Of a DNA stretch of 64,000 nucleotides, positions 1-8,241 are shown piece by piece (position 1 is the stretch's first letter; each line of letters starts with the position of its first letter). The notes under the pieces are model-generated. The model was not told the DNA's origin and did no database searches. It saw only the letters and a program-made list of their open reading frames with translations. Both the position numbers and the translations under genes were made by a program. This DNA is from Vulcanimicrobiota bacterium (GTDB taxonomy: Bacteria; Vulcanimicrobiota; Vulcanimicrobiia; Vulcanimicrobiales; Vulcanimicrobiaceae): positions 2,016,001-2,080,000 of the forward strand of contig OY968762.1 in NCBI GenBank assembly GCA_963695225.1, in the 5' to 3' direction.

Positions 1-318
1 GCCTGCGAGGACGCGCTCGCCGCAACGACGGGGGCCGCCTGGATGTTCTCGACGGCGTTCGTCGCCTTCGGTGCGGGGCTGCTCGGTCTCGTCCCGCAGG
101 CGCGCACGCGCTGGGGGAGCGCAACGATCGTCGCGGTTCTGACGCTCGCGCGTTTCGTCGCGTTCCTGATCGTCGAGCGGATCGAGGGCCGCTCGCTGAC
201 GCTCGTGACCCCGCACCTGCACGCGGTCCTGTGGCAGAGTCTTTTCAACGCGCTCTTGATGAGCCTCGGGCTCGTGCTGCAAGCGCGCGCCGTCGCATAT
301 CGTGTCGCGCGCCGTTAA
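1..318 (+). CDS. mreD: Rod shape-determining protein MreD, 5'-partial
   Basis: Hydrophobic multi-TM ORF open from base 1, overlapping the start of a PBP2 gene (mreD-mrdA synteny). Confidence 0.65.
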   Translation, partial: ACEDALAATTGAAWMFSTAFVAFGAGLLGLVPQARTRWGSATIVAVLTLARFVAFLIVERIEGRSLTLVTPHLHAVLWQSLFNALLMSLGLVLQARAVAYRVARR

Positions 319-2344
319 GACTCCGCGCACGCCGAGGTTTCAACCGAAACTGCCGCGGCTGATCGCGTTCACCGCCGTGCTCGCGCTCGCATTGCTCGCG
401 CTCGTCGTGCGGCTCGTGCAGTTGCAACTCGTGCAGGGCGCGGCGTTCGCCGAGGCGGCCCGCGCGAATCAGATCCGGCGCGTCCCCGTCGCGGCGCCGC
501 GTGGGCGCATGTTCGACCGGCACGGCGCCACGGTCGTGCGCAGCCGGCCCTCGTTCACGTGCGCGCTGATCCCTTCCGATGTCGGGGACATCAACGCGGT
601 GCTTCGAAACCTGCATTCGACGCTCGCGATCCCCGAATCGACGCTGCGCCGGCGTTTGCTGCATCATCGCGGCGTCAATTACCAGAACTTCGAACAAGTT
701 GCCGAGTCCGAACCGTACGGCCCGGTCATCCTCGCCAGCGGACTCTCGAACGTGCAGGTCGCGAAGCTCGCCGAGGCCCATCTGCCGGGCGTCGACATCG
801 AAGTGCAGCCGATCCGCGACTATCCGTACGGCGGTTGGGCATCGCACGCGCTCGGTTACGTCGGACAGATCAACGAAGACGAGTACGAACGGCTCAAGAG
901 CAAAGGGTACACGCCCAACGACGTCGTCGGCAAAGAGGGCCTCGAGGTCGAGTACGATTCGTGGCTGCGCGGCACGCCGGGCGGCGAACAAATCGAGGTC
1001 GATTCGCAGGGGCAGCTCGTGCGCCGGCTGGGCCCCGTCGATCCGGTTCCGGGGCATAGCCTCGAGCTCTCGCTCGATTGGCGCTTGCAGCAGATCGCGG
1101 AACGCGCGCTGCACGACCAGCTCGAGCTCATCGGAGGCCAGCGCGGGCGCCGCGTCGCGGGCGCAGTCGTCGCGATCGATCCGCGGGACGGCGGAATCCT
1201 CGCGCTCGTCTCGCAGCCGAATTTCGATCCGAACGATTTCGCCGACGGGATCTCGCCGAAGAAGTACGATGCCTACTTGAACGATCCGCTCGAAGCGCTC
1301 TACGATCGCGCGATCGCCGCCGCGACGGCGACGGGCTCCACCTTCAAGATGGTCACCGGGAGCGGCGCGCTCTCGGCGGGCGTCGTGGGCGTCGATCAAC
1401 CGATCTACGACAGCGGCGCTTGGGACTGCAAGGGGCACATTTTCCGGGACATCGCTTCGGGCGGCCTCGGGACCACGACGTTCGTCCCCGCGCTCGCCGC
1501 GTCCAGCGACGGGTACTTCTATCAGCTCGCAGACCGGCTGGGACACGAACGGTTGCGCTATTACGCCCTGCAGTTCGGGCTCGGCGCGCGCAGCGGAATC
1601 GATCTCCCCGGCGAGTACGCCGGGAATTGGCCCACGAATGCCTGGATGAAAAAGTACTACGGCGAGCCGCTCTATCCGGCCGACGTCTGCAGCCTCGGCA
1701 TCGGGCAGGGCGCGATGCAAGCGACGCCCCTGCAGATGGCGAACGCGACCGCCGCCGTAGCGAACGGCGGGACGCTCTATCGGCCGCATCTCGTCTATGC
1801 GATCCGCGACGCCTCCGGGAAGGTCGTCAAGAGCTTCAGCCACGAGAAGATCCGCCGGATCGACGTCACCCCCGAATCGCTGCGCGCCGTGCGGGCCGGG
1901 ATGGACAAGGTGACCGACGTCGGCGGGACGGCCTATGGGCTCGCGATCCCCGGGATCCCGTTCGGCGGCAAGACGGGGACGGTCGAAACGGCCGGAGGGG
2001 CCGGCCCGAACACGACCTGGTTCGTCGCCTACGCGCCGAGCGATCGCCCGCGCCTGGCGCTCGCCGTCTTCATGGACCGCACGGGCGGCTACGGCGCCGT
2101 CGTCGCCGCGCCCGTCGCCCGAAGGATCATCCTCGAGTACCTCGGCAAGCCCCCGACCCCAGCCCCATCCGCCTCGCCGTCGGCCCCGGCGGCCGGTGCG
2201 ACTCCGGCGGCTCCGGGTGCGCCGGCAACTCCGCGGCAGAATGCGGTCGCGTCACCTGCGCCGACTCCGGGTGCGGCGGCGACTCCGCGGCGGAATACCG
2301 TGGCGACACCTGCGCCGGCGCCGAAGCCGGCCGTAACGCGCTAA
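302..2344 (+). CDS. mrdA: Penicillin-binding protein 2 (class B transpeptidase)
   Basis: N-terminal TM, APRGRMFDR dimerisation motif, GSTFK (SxxK), SSD (SxD), KTGT; Pro/Ala/Thr-rich C-terminal tail. Confidence 0.9.
   Translation: MSRAVKTPRTPRFQPKLPRLIAFTAVLALALLALVVRLVQLQLVQGAAFAEAARANQIRRVPVAAPRGRMFDRHGATVVRSRPSFTCALIPSDVGDINAVLRNLHSTLAIPESTLRRRLLHHRGVNYQNFEQVAESEPYGPVILASGLSNVQVAKLAEAHLPGVDIEVQPIRDYPYGGWASHALGYVGQINEDEYERLKSKGYTPNDVVGKEGLEVEYDSWLRGTPGGEQIEVDSQGQLVRRLGPVDPVPGHSLELSLDWRLQQIAERALHDQLELIGGQRGRRVAGAVVAIDPRDGGILALVSQPNFDPNDFADGISPKKYDAYLNDPLEALYDRAIAAATATGSTFKMVTGSGALSAGVVGVDQPIYDSGAWDCKGHIFRDIASGGLGTTTFVPALAASSDGYFYQLADRLGHERLRYYALQFGLGARSGIDLPGEYAGNWPTNAWMKKYYGEPLYPADVCSLGIGQGAMQATPLQMANATAAVANGGTLYRPHLVYAIRDASGKVVKSFSHEKIRRIDVTPESLRAVRAGMDKVTDVGGTAYGLAIPGIPFGGKTGTVETAGGAGPNTTWFVAYAPSDRPRLALAVFMDRTGGYGAVVAAPVARRIILEYLGKPPTPAPSASPSAPAAGATPAAPGAPATPRQNAVASPAPTPGAAATPRRNTVATPAPAPKPAVTR
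2211..2317 (+). repeat. 54-bp-period imperfect tandem repeat in the mrdA tail
   Basis: PGAPATPRQNAVASPAP / PGAAATPRRNTVATPAP, units at 2211-2263 and 2265-2317. Confidence 0.8.
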
Positions 2345-2382
2345 CCAAGTTCGCGCTGCACGCGCTTTTTCTCCGTGAGGTA

Positions 2383-2534
2383 GCGTCCGGGGCGGGGGGA
2401 CAGGGGGCCGCGGAAGCTCCGACCGCCGGCCGGAGCCATGGGCGGCGGGAGGCCGGCGGCGGTGCAGCGTTCGTTTTCGCAGGATGCGAAAACGAACAGC
2501 GGTTCCGCGGCCCCTGTCGCCCCGCCCCGGACGC
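2383..2534. repeat. Structured palindromic element, copy 1 (outer stem plus two inner hairpins)
   Basis: Arms 2383-2415 / 2503-2534 are reverse complements (1 mismatch, 1 bulge); hairpin 2423-2459 has loop GGAGCCATGGGCGGCGGGA; hairpin 2469-2497 is centred on CGCAGGATGCG. Confidence 0.85.
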
Positions 2535-2744
2535 GGGCCCTGCGGTTCGGCGGCACGCCGTCCGCCCGGACGTGGGCCCTGCGGTGAGGCCAGGGTCGGC
2601 GCTTCGCGCGCGAGAACGGGGGGAGTTTGTGCCGGGCATTCGGATGCTCGGCCGAAGCGGGTGAGAACAGTTTCCACGGGCTCTCCGGAACGATGCATTG
2701 GTCTGGGCCCCTGACCGGTTCCACGCTGAGGGAGGATCTCGACC

Positions 2745-3929
2745 ATGATCGTTACGCCTGAAAAGATTGCCGCAGCCGCCGCGAGGTTGACGGGAGAGGG
2801 CGCGTTCGTCGTGCTGGCTCGCGCGCGCGAACTCGAGGCGCAAGGGCACGACGTCGTGCACATGGAGATCGGGGAGCCCGATTTCGACACGCCCGCGCAC
2901 ATCAAGGCCGCCGGCATCGCGGCGATCGAGGCGAATCACTCGCACTATGCGCCCTCGGCCGGGATCCCGGAGCTGCGCGACGTCGTCGCGCGCTATGCGG
3001 GGCGGTTTCGCGGGATTGCGGAGTTCTCGCGCGACGAGGTCTCGATCAGCCCCGGTTGCAAACCGCTGATTTGGAACATCCTGTGCGCGCTGCTCGATCC
3101 CGGCGACGAGATGCTCTATGCGGATCCGGCGTATCCGGCGTATGCGTCGGCGGCGACGTATCTCGGCGCTCGCGCGGTTCCGATCCCGCTGCGCGAGGCG
3201 AGCGATTTTCGGCTCGATCTCGACGAACTCGCGGCGAAGGTTTCGGATCGCACGAAGTTGCTGGTTCTGAATTCGCCGCACAATCCGACGGGCGGCGTGC
3301 TGACGCGTGCCGATCTCCGACAGATCGCGGAGCTTTGCGTGCGGCACGACGTGCTCGTGCTCTCCGACGAGATCTATAGCCGCAACATCTACGGCGGCGA
3401 GTTCGTTTCGATCGCAACGATGCCCGGCATGCGCGAACGTACGATCATCGTCGACGGATTCTCGAAGGCGTACGCGATGACGGGCTGGCGTCTCGGCTAC
3501 TCGATCGCGCCGGCGGCGCTTTCGCGCACGATCACGCTGCTCGCGAACAACACGTACTCGTGCACGGCGCCCTTCGTGCAACTCGCGGGGATCGCCGCGC
3601 TTGAGGGGCCGGACGAACCGATCCTCGCGATGGTGGCGGAGTTTCGCAAGCGCCGCGACGCGATCGTCGCCGGCTTGAACTCGCTACCCGGCGTTTCGTG
3701 CCGCACGCCCGAGGGCGCGTTCTACGTCTTTCCGAACTTCTCGAAGATCGCTTCGGACGACAAGAAGCTCGCCGCGTATCTGCTCGACGAAGCGCACGTC
3801 GCGGGGCTCGGAGGTTCCGCGTTCGGGCCGACGGGGCGCGGGCACATGCGCTTTTCGTACGCAACGTCGCTCGCCCAGATCGAACGCGCGATCGAGCGCA
3901 TCCGTGCGGCGTTGCCGCGTTTCTCGTAG
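2745..3929 (+). CDS. Class I/II PLP-dependent aminotransferase (AspAT-like)
   Basis: IGEPDF, NSPHNPTG, SDEIY, DGFSKAYAMTGWRLG motifs; GGAGG RBS. Confidence 0.9.
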   Translation: MIVTPEKIAAAAARLTGEGAFVVLARARELEAQGHDVVHMEIGEPDFDTPAHIKAAGIAAIEANHSHYAPSAGIPELRDVVARYAGRFRGIAEFSRDEVSISPGCKPLIWNILCALLDPGDEMLYADPAYPAYASAATYLGARAVPIPLREASDFRLDLDELAAKVSDRTKLLVLNSPHNPTGGVLTRADLRQIAELCVRHDVLVLSDEIYSRNIYGGEFVSIATMPGMRERTIIVDGFSKAYAMTGWRLGYSIAPAALSRTITLLANNTYSCTAPFVQLAGIAALEGPDEPILAMVAEFRKRRDAIVAGLNSLPGVSCRTPEGAFYVFPNFSKIASDDKKLAAYLLDEAHVAGLGGSAFGPTGRGHMRFSYATSLAQIERAIERIRAALPRFS

Positions 3930-3941
3930 AGCGCGTCGAGC

Positions 3942-4952
3942 TTAGGATCGCACGGGGGCGTGCGCCGCGGTCAGGTGCATCGCCTCTTTGACGTCGGCGA
4001 GCGTCCGGGCCGCGACGGTGCTCGCGCGCGCGCTCCCTTCGGCGATGATCTCCTCGACCGTTAGGGGATCGATCGCGGCGCGGCGCGCGCGCACGGGTTC
4101 CAAGTAGGCGTTGAGATTCGCAGCGAGATCAGCCTTGCAGGCGACGCAGCCGAGTGCACCGCTGCGGCAGGCCGCCGCGATCTCCGGCACTGATTGCGCG
4201 GGCGTTGCGATCTTGTGCAACGAGAACACGGGGCAGATCTCGGGGCGCCCCGGGTCGTTCCTGCGGATCTTCTGCGGATCCGTGAGCATCGTGCGCACTT
4301 TCGCCGTCGTCGTCGCGGCGTCGTCGGCGATCGCGATGTGATTGTTGTACGACTTCGACATCTTGCGGCCGTCGGTCCCCGGCACGTCCGGGAATTCGCT
4401 GAGCGTCGGTTGCGGTTCGACGAGCGTCGCTCCGTAGAGATGATTGAAACGCCGCACGACCTCGCGGCCGAACTCGAGATGTGAGAGCTGATCCTTGCCG
4501 ACGGGCACGACTTCGCCGCGGAAGATCGCGATGTCGACGAGCTGCAGCAACGGGTAGCCTAGAAAACCGTAGGTCGCGATCTCGGGGCCGAGCGCTTCGA
4601 TCTGATCCTTGTACGTCGGGACGCGCTGCAGCCACGAGACCGGCACGATCATCGAGAGCAGCGTGTGCAGTTCTGAGATTTCGGGGACGAGCGACTGCAG
4701 ATAGATCGTCGAGCGCGCCGGATCGATGCCGGCGGCGAGCCAATCGAGGACCATCTCGTGGATGTTCCCGCGCAATTGCTCCGTCTCGGCGAAGCCGGTC
4801 GTCAGCGCGTGCAGATCGGCGATCTCGAAATACGCGTCGTGCGTTTCGCAGAAGCTGACCCATTGCTCCAAGACGCCGACGAGATGCCCGAGATGCAGCC
4901 GTCCGGTCGGACGCATCCCCGACATCAACCGCACGCGACCGCGCTCCGACAT
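3942..4952 (-). CDS. trpS: Tryptophan--tRNA ligase
   Basis: SGMRPTGRLHLGH (HIGH), VPVGKDQ, KMSKS; start moved to the ATG at 4952 behind an AAGGAG RBS. Confidence 0.95.
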   Translation of the reverse strand: MSERGRVRLMSGMRPTGRLHLGHLVGVLEQWVSFCETHDAYFEIADLHALTTGFAETEQLRGNIHEMVLDWLAAGIDPARSTIYLQSLVPEISELHTLLSMIVPVSWLQRVPTYKDQIEALGPEIATYGFLGYPLLQLVDIAIFRGEVVPVGKDQLSHLEFGREVVRRFNHLYGATLVEPQPTLSEFPDVPGTDGRKMSKSYNNHIAIADDAATTTAKVRTMLTDPQKIRRNDPGRPEICPVFSLHKIATPAQSVPEIAAACRSGALGCVACKADLAANLNAYLEPVRARRAAIDPLTVEEIIAEGSARASTVAARTLADVKEAMHLTAAHAPVRS

Positions 4953-5032
4953 GAAACCAGCTCTCCTTTTGCGCGCCTCCGCGCCGCCGAAGCGTGTGAG
5001 GTTTGGTCGCGCGTTACGGCGCCCCTTCCGCG

Positions 5033-5788
5033 CTAATACGCGACGCGCATCGAGCCGAGTTCGTGCGCGTGCGCGAACTTCGCGCGCACGAACCCGCGCG
5101 CGCGGAGGACCGCGTCGCGCAGCGTCGCGCCTTTCGCGAGTTCCGCCGACGCAGCGCAAGCGAACAGGCAACCGGTCCCGCGCAGCGCTCCGGGGAGGCG
5201 CTCGTCGACGAACGTCTCGACGGTGCCGCCCGCATAGAGAACGTCGACGGGGCGTTCCGCCAAGTGCCCGCCCTTGACGAGGACGGCGCCCGCCCCCGCA
5301 CCGGCGAGCCGGATCGCGGCGGCGCTCATCTCGTCGACGGAACGGACCTCGAGGCCGCTCAGGCGGGCCGCCTCGCCGAGGTTCGGCGTGACGAGGGTCG
5401 CGAGGGGCATCAATTCCCGCACCAGCGCGCCGATCGTCTCCGCGCCGGCGAACGCGCCGCCGCCGCTTGGAGCGAGGACCGGATCGAGCACCAAGGGCGC
5501 GGGCCGGAGCCGCACGGCAGCCGCGACCGCGGCAACGCTCGCCGCGGAGAGCAGGGCGCCGACGCGATAGGCGGCGATCGGAAGGGCCGCGAGGGAGGAG
5601 AACTGCGCCTGGATCAGGCCAGGAGCGACCGCCTCAAGGGCGTGGACCCCGCCTCCGTCCTGGGCCGAGACGCCGGCGACCACGCTGACGGCCCGTACGC
5701 CGCACTCGCTCAGCGCCCACAGGTCGAGCCCGAGCCCCGCGGCGTTCCACGGGTCCGTCGTCCCCACCGAGCAGACGACCGGCCTCAC
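5033..5788 (-). CDS. thiD: Hydroxymethylpyrimidine/phosphomethylpyrimidine kinase (ThiD-like)
   Basis: DP..AAG, LDPVL, TPNLGEA, VLVKGGH, RGTGC; GTG start overlaps the thiE stop. Confidence 0.85.
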   Translation of the reverse strand: MRPVVCSVGTTDPWNAAGLGLDLWALSECGVRAVSVVAGVSAQDGGGVHALEAVAPGLIQAQFSSLAALPIAAYRVGALLSAASVAAVAAAVRLRPAPLVLDPVLAPSGGGAFAGAETIGALVRELMPLATLVTPNLGEAARLSGLEVRSVDEMSAAAIRLAGAGAGAVLVKGGHLAERPVDVLYAGGTVETFVDERLPGALRGTGCLFACAASAELAKGATLRDAVLRARGFVRAKFAHAHELGSMRVAY

Positions 5789-6408
5789 CGCACGATCTCC
5801 GCCCATCTATCCACGAGGGCGCGCGCCGCGGATTCGGGATCCTCGGCGCGAGCGACCGCCGAGATGACGGCCGCCATGGCGGCCCCGGCCGCAGCGACCG
5901 CCGCGAGTTCGTCGAGGCCGATCCCGCCGATAGCGGCGACCGGGAGGCGGGTCGCGCTCACGACTGCCCGCAGACCGGCCGCACCGATCGGGACGCCGGC
6001 ATCCGGCTTCGTGGCGGTCTGCACGAAGGGTCCCGCGCCGATGTAGTCGGCTCCCAGCCGCTCGGCCTGCAGGGCGCGCTCGGGCGTCTCGGCCGAGATT
6101 CCGAACAGGCGCGAGCCGAGCCGCCCGCGGAGATGCACGCCGGCGAGCCCGGCCAAATCTTCCTGACCCACGTGAAGTCCGTCGGCGTCGAGCGCGGCCG
6201 CGACGTCGTCGTTCACGATGAGGCTTGCCCCAGCGGCCTGGGTGCGCGCGTGGAGGCGGCGGACGAGCGCGCGGTCGACGCCCGACTTCGCGCGGTATTG
6301 AACGAGCCGGACGCCGCTCCGCAGGACCGCGGCGAGGAGTCGCTCCAGGTCCGCGCTGGTTTGAGCGTCGAGGACGACGTAGATTCCCGCGAGGCGCGAA
6401 TCGCTCAC
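5785..6408 (-). CDS. thiE: Thiamine-phosphate synthase
   Basis: VQYRAK, IVNDD, DGLHVGQED, ADYIGAGP..T.TK, AIGGI. Confidence 0.92.
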   Translation of the reverse strand: MSDSRLAGIYVVLDAQTSADLERLLAAVLRSGVRLVQYRAKSGVDRALVRRLHARTQAAGASLIVNDDVAAALDADGLHVGQEDLAGLAGVHLRGRLGSRLFGISAETPERALQAERLGADYIGAGPFVQTATKPDAGVPIGAAGLRAVVSATRLPVAAIGGIGLDELAAVAAAGAAMAAVISAVARAEDPESAARALVDRWAEIVR

Positions 6409-6469
6409 CTTGACGGCCCCGGAATGCTTTGGCGGAGTGCGCAGTTCGCCGTACCTAGTGGATACCTCA

Positions 6470-7348
6470 TCAGGCCCCGTCGGGAAGGAGCAGGTCGATC
6501 AGGCGCGTCAGATCGTCCTCGTTCGCGAAGCGGAACTCGAGCCGCCCGCCCCGGCCGGCCGGGACGATTGCGACGGGGGTCGCGAAGCGGTAGCGCAACC
6601 GCCCTTCCAGCGCCTCCACGTTCGGATCGCGCGAGGCACGCGGCTTCGTGCGCTTGGGCGCGGGCCCACGCTTGGCCGTACCGAGTTGCTCGAGGTCGCG
6701 GACCGTGAGCCCTTCGGCGATCGCACGGCGGGCGGCTCCCTCGCGCTCCGGCGCCGGGATCGCGAGGAGCGCGCGGGCATGCCCGACGCTGAGGGCGCCG
6801 CTGCGCAGGTGCGCCTTGATCGCATCCGAGAGGGAGAGGAGGCGTAACGCGTTCGCGACCGCGGGGCGGCTCTTTCCGATCCGCTCGGCGAGGCGCTCCT
6901 GCGTGAACTCGTACTCCTCGATCAAGTGCGCGTAGCCCATCGCCTCCTCGAGGGGATCGAGGTCCCGGCGCTGGAGGTTCTCGACGACCGCCAGCTCCAA
7001 GCTCGCCCGATCGTCCGCCGCGCGGACGATCGCCGGGATCGTGGCGAGCTTCGCCGCCGCCGCGGCACGCCAGCGACGTTCGCCCGCGATCAACTCGTAG
7101 ACCGGTTCCGCGCCGCCCCCCTCGCGAGCCCGGACGATGATCGGAACGAGAACGCCGAGTTCGCGGATCGACTGCGCGAGTTCCGAAAGGGCCTCCGGGT
7201 CGAAATTCGTCCGCGGTTGCTGCGGGTTCGGCCGGATGGCACCTATGGGAACCTGGATGAGCCCGTCGCCGCCGGGCTGGGCCGGCTTCGGCCGCTCCTC
7301 CCCGAGCAGGGCGCCGAGACCGCGCCCGAGGCCGCGTTTTTGACTCAT
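6470..7348 (-). CDS. parB: ParB/Spo0J chromosome partitioning protein
   Basis: GLGRGLGAL N-terminus, NPQQPR, LIAGERRWRA, ENLQRRDL, HTH. Confidence 0.95.
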   Translation of the reverse strand: MSQKRGLGRGLGALLGEERPKPAQPGGDGLIQVPIGAIRPNPQQPRTNFDPEALSELAQSIRELGVLVPIIVRAREGGGAEPVYELIAGERRWRAAAAAKLATIPAIVRAADDRASLELAVVENLQRRDLDPLEEAMGYAHLIEEYEFTQERLAERIGKSRPAVANALRLLSLSDAIKAHLRSGALSVGHARALLAIPAPEREGAARRAIAEGLTVRDLEQLGTAKRGPAPKRTKPRASRDPNVEALEGRLRYRFATPVAIVPAGRGGRLEFRFANEDDLTRLIDLLLPDGA

Positions 7349-8109
7349 TCTGCGAGCACCTCACGGGCGAGAGCAAAGTAGGCTTGCGCGCCGCGGCTCT
7401 TCACGTCGAAGAGCACGACCGGCTTACCGAAAGACGGCGCCTCCGAGAGGCGGATGTTCCTGGGGATCTGCGTCTTGAAGACTTGGTCCGCGAAGTGCGC
7501 GTTCACTTCGTCGAGCACCTCGAGCGCGAGCCGCGTTCGCGCGTCGAACATGGTCACGAGGACCCCGGCGATCTTCAGCTCGGGATTGAGCGCGTTCCGA
7601 ACGCGCTCGACGACGCGGGTGAGCTGCGAGAGCCCCTCCAGGGCGTAATACTCGGCCTGGACCGGGATCAAGACTTCGTTGGCCGCCGTGAGCGCGTTCA
7701 GCGTGAGCAATCCAAGCGAAGGCGGACAATCGATGAAGACGAAGTCGTAGTCCCCGACGATCCCGGCGATCGCGCGCCGCAGGCAGGACTCCCGAGAGAG
7801 CGTGGACACGAGCTCGATCTCCGCGCCTGCTAAGTTGATCGTCGCGGGAACCAGGTCGAGATTCGGCACCCCCGTCTCCACGAGCGCGGCGCGGACGGGG
7901 AGGTCCGCCAGGAGGACTGCGTACATGTCGTCCTCGAGATTCCGCTTATCAACGCCGAGCCCGCTCGTCGTATTCCCCTGCGGGTCGATATCAAGAAGCA
8001 GAACGCGCTTCCCGAGGATCGCGAGGGCCGCGCCGAGATTCACGGCCGTCGTGCTCTTCCCGACTCCGCCTTTTTGATTGACGATCGCCACGACACGCGG
8101 GCCGCTCAC
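7345..8109 (-). CDS. parA: ParA/Soj ATPase
   Basis: NQKGGVGKST, DIDPQGN, DCPPSLG, IPRNIRLSEAPS; GTG at 8109 with GGGGAG RBS. Confidence 0.95.
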   Translation of the reverse strand: MSGPRVVAIVNQKGGVGKSTTAVNLGAALAILGKRVLLLDIDPQGNTTSGLGVDKRNLEDDMYAVLLADLPVRAALVETGVPNLDLVPATINLAGAEIELVSTLSRESCLRRAIAGIVGDYDFVFIDCPPSLGLLTLNALTAANEVLIPVQAEYYALEGLSQLTRVVERVRNALNPELKIAGVLVTMFDARTRLALEVLDEVNAHFADQVFKTQIPRNIRLSEAPSFGKPVVLFDVKSRGAQAYFALAREVLAE

Positions 8110-8133
8110 AGTATCTCCCCCGCCCGTCCCGGC

Positions 8134-8149
8134 TGTTTCACATGAAACA
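8134..8149. promoter_or_regulatory. parS site
   Basis: TGTTTCACATGAAACA, one change from the TGTTNCACGTGAAACA consensus, upstream of parA. Confidence 0.85.
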
Positions 8150-8205
8150 GCCGCCAATCGAGCCCTCCGATTGCGCGGGTCGCCTCGAGCCGCGCGCCCC
8201 ACCCG

Positions 8206-8221
8206 TGTTCCACATGAAACA
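8206..8221. promoter_or_regulatory. parS site
   Basis: TGTTCCACATGAAACA. Confidence 0.85.
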
Positions 8222-8241
8222 CCGAGGCGCCCGCGTCTCGC

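Noticed and set aside
4953..5032. T-box leader for trpS
   Set aside because: Only 80 bp, with no T-box (GGTGG.ACC) antiterminator motif.
6409..6469. TPP riboswitch before thiE-thiD
   Set aside because: 61 bp and no CTGAGA core.
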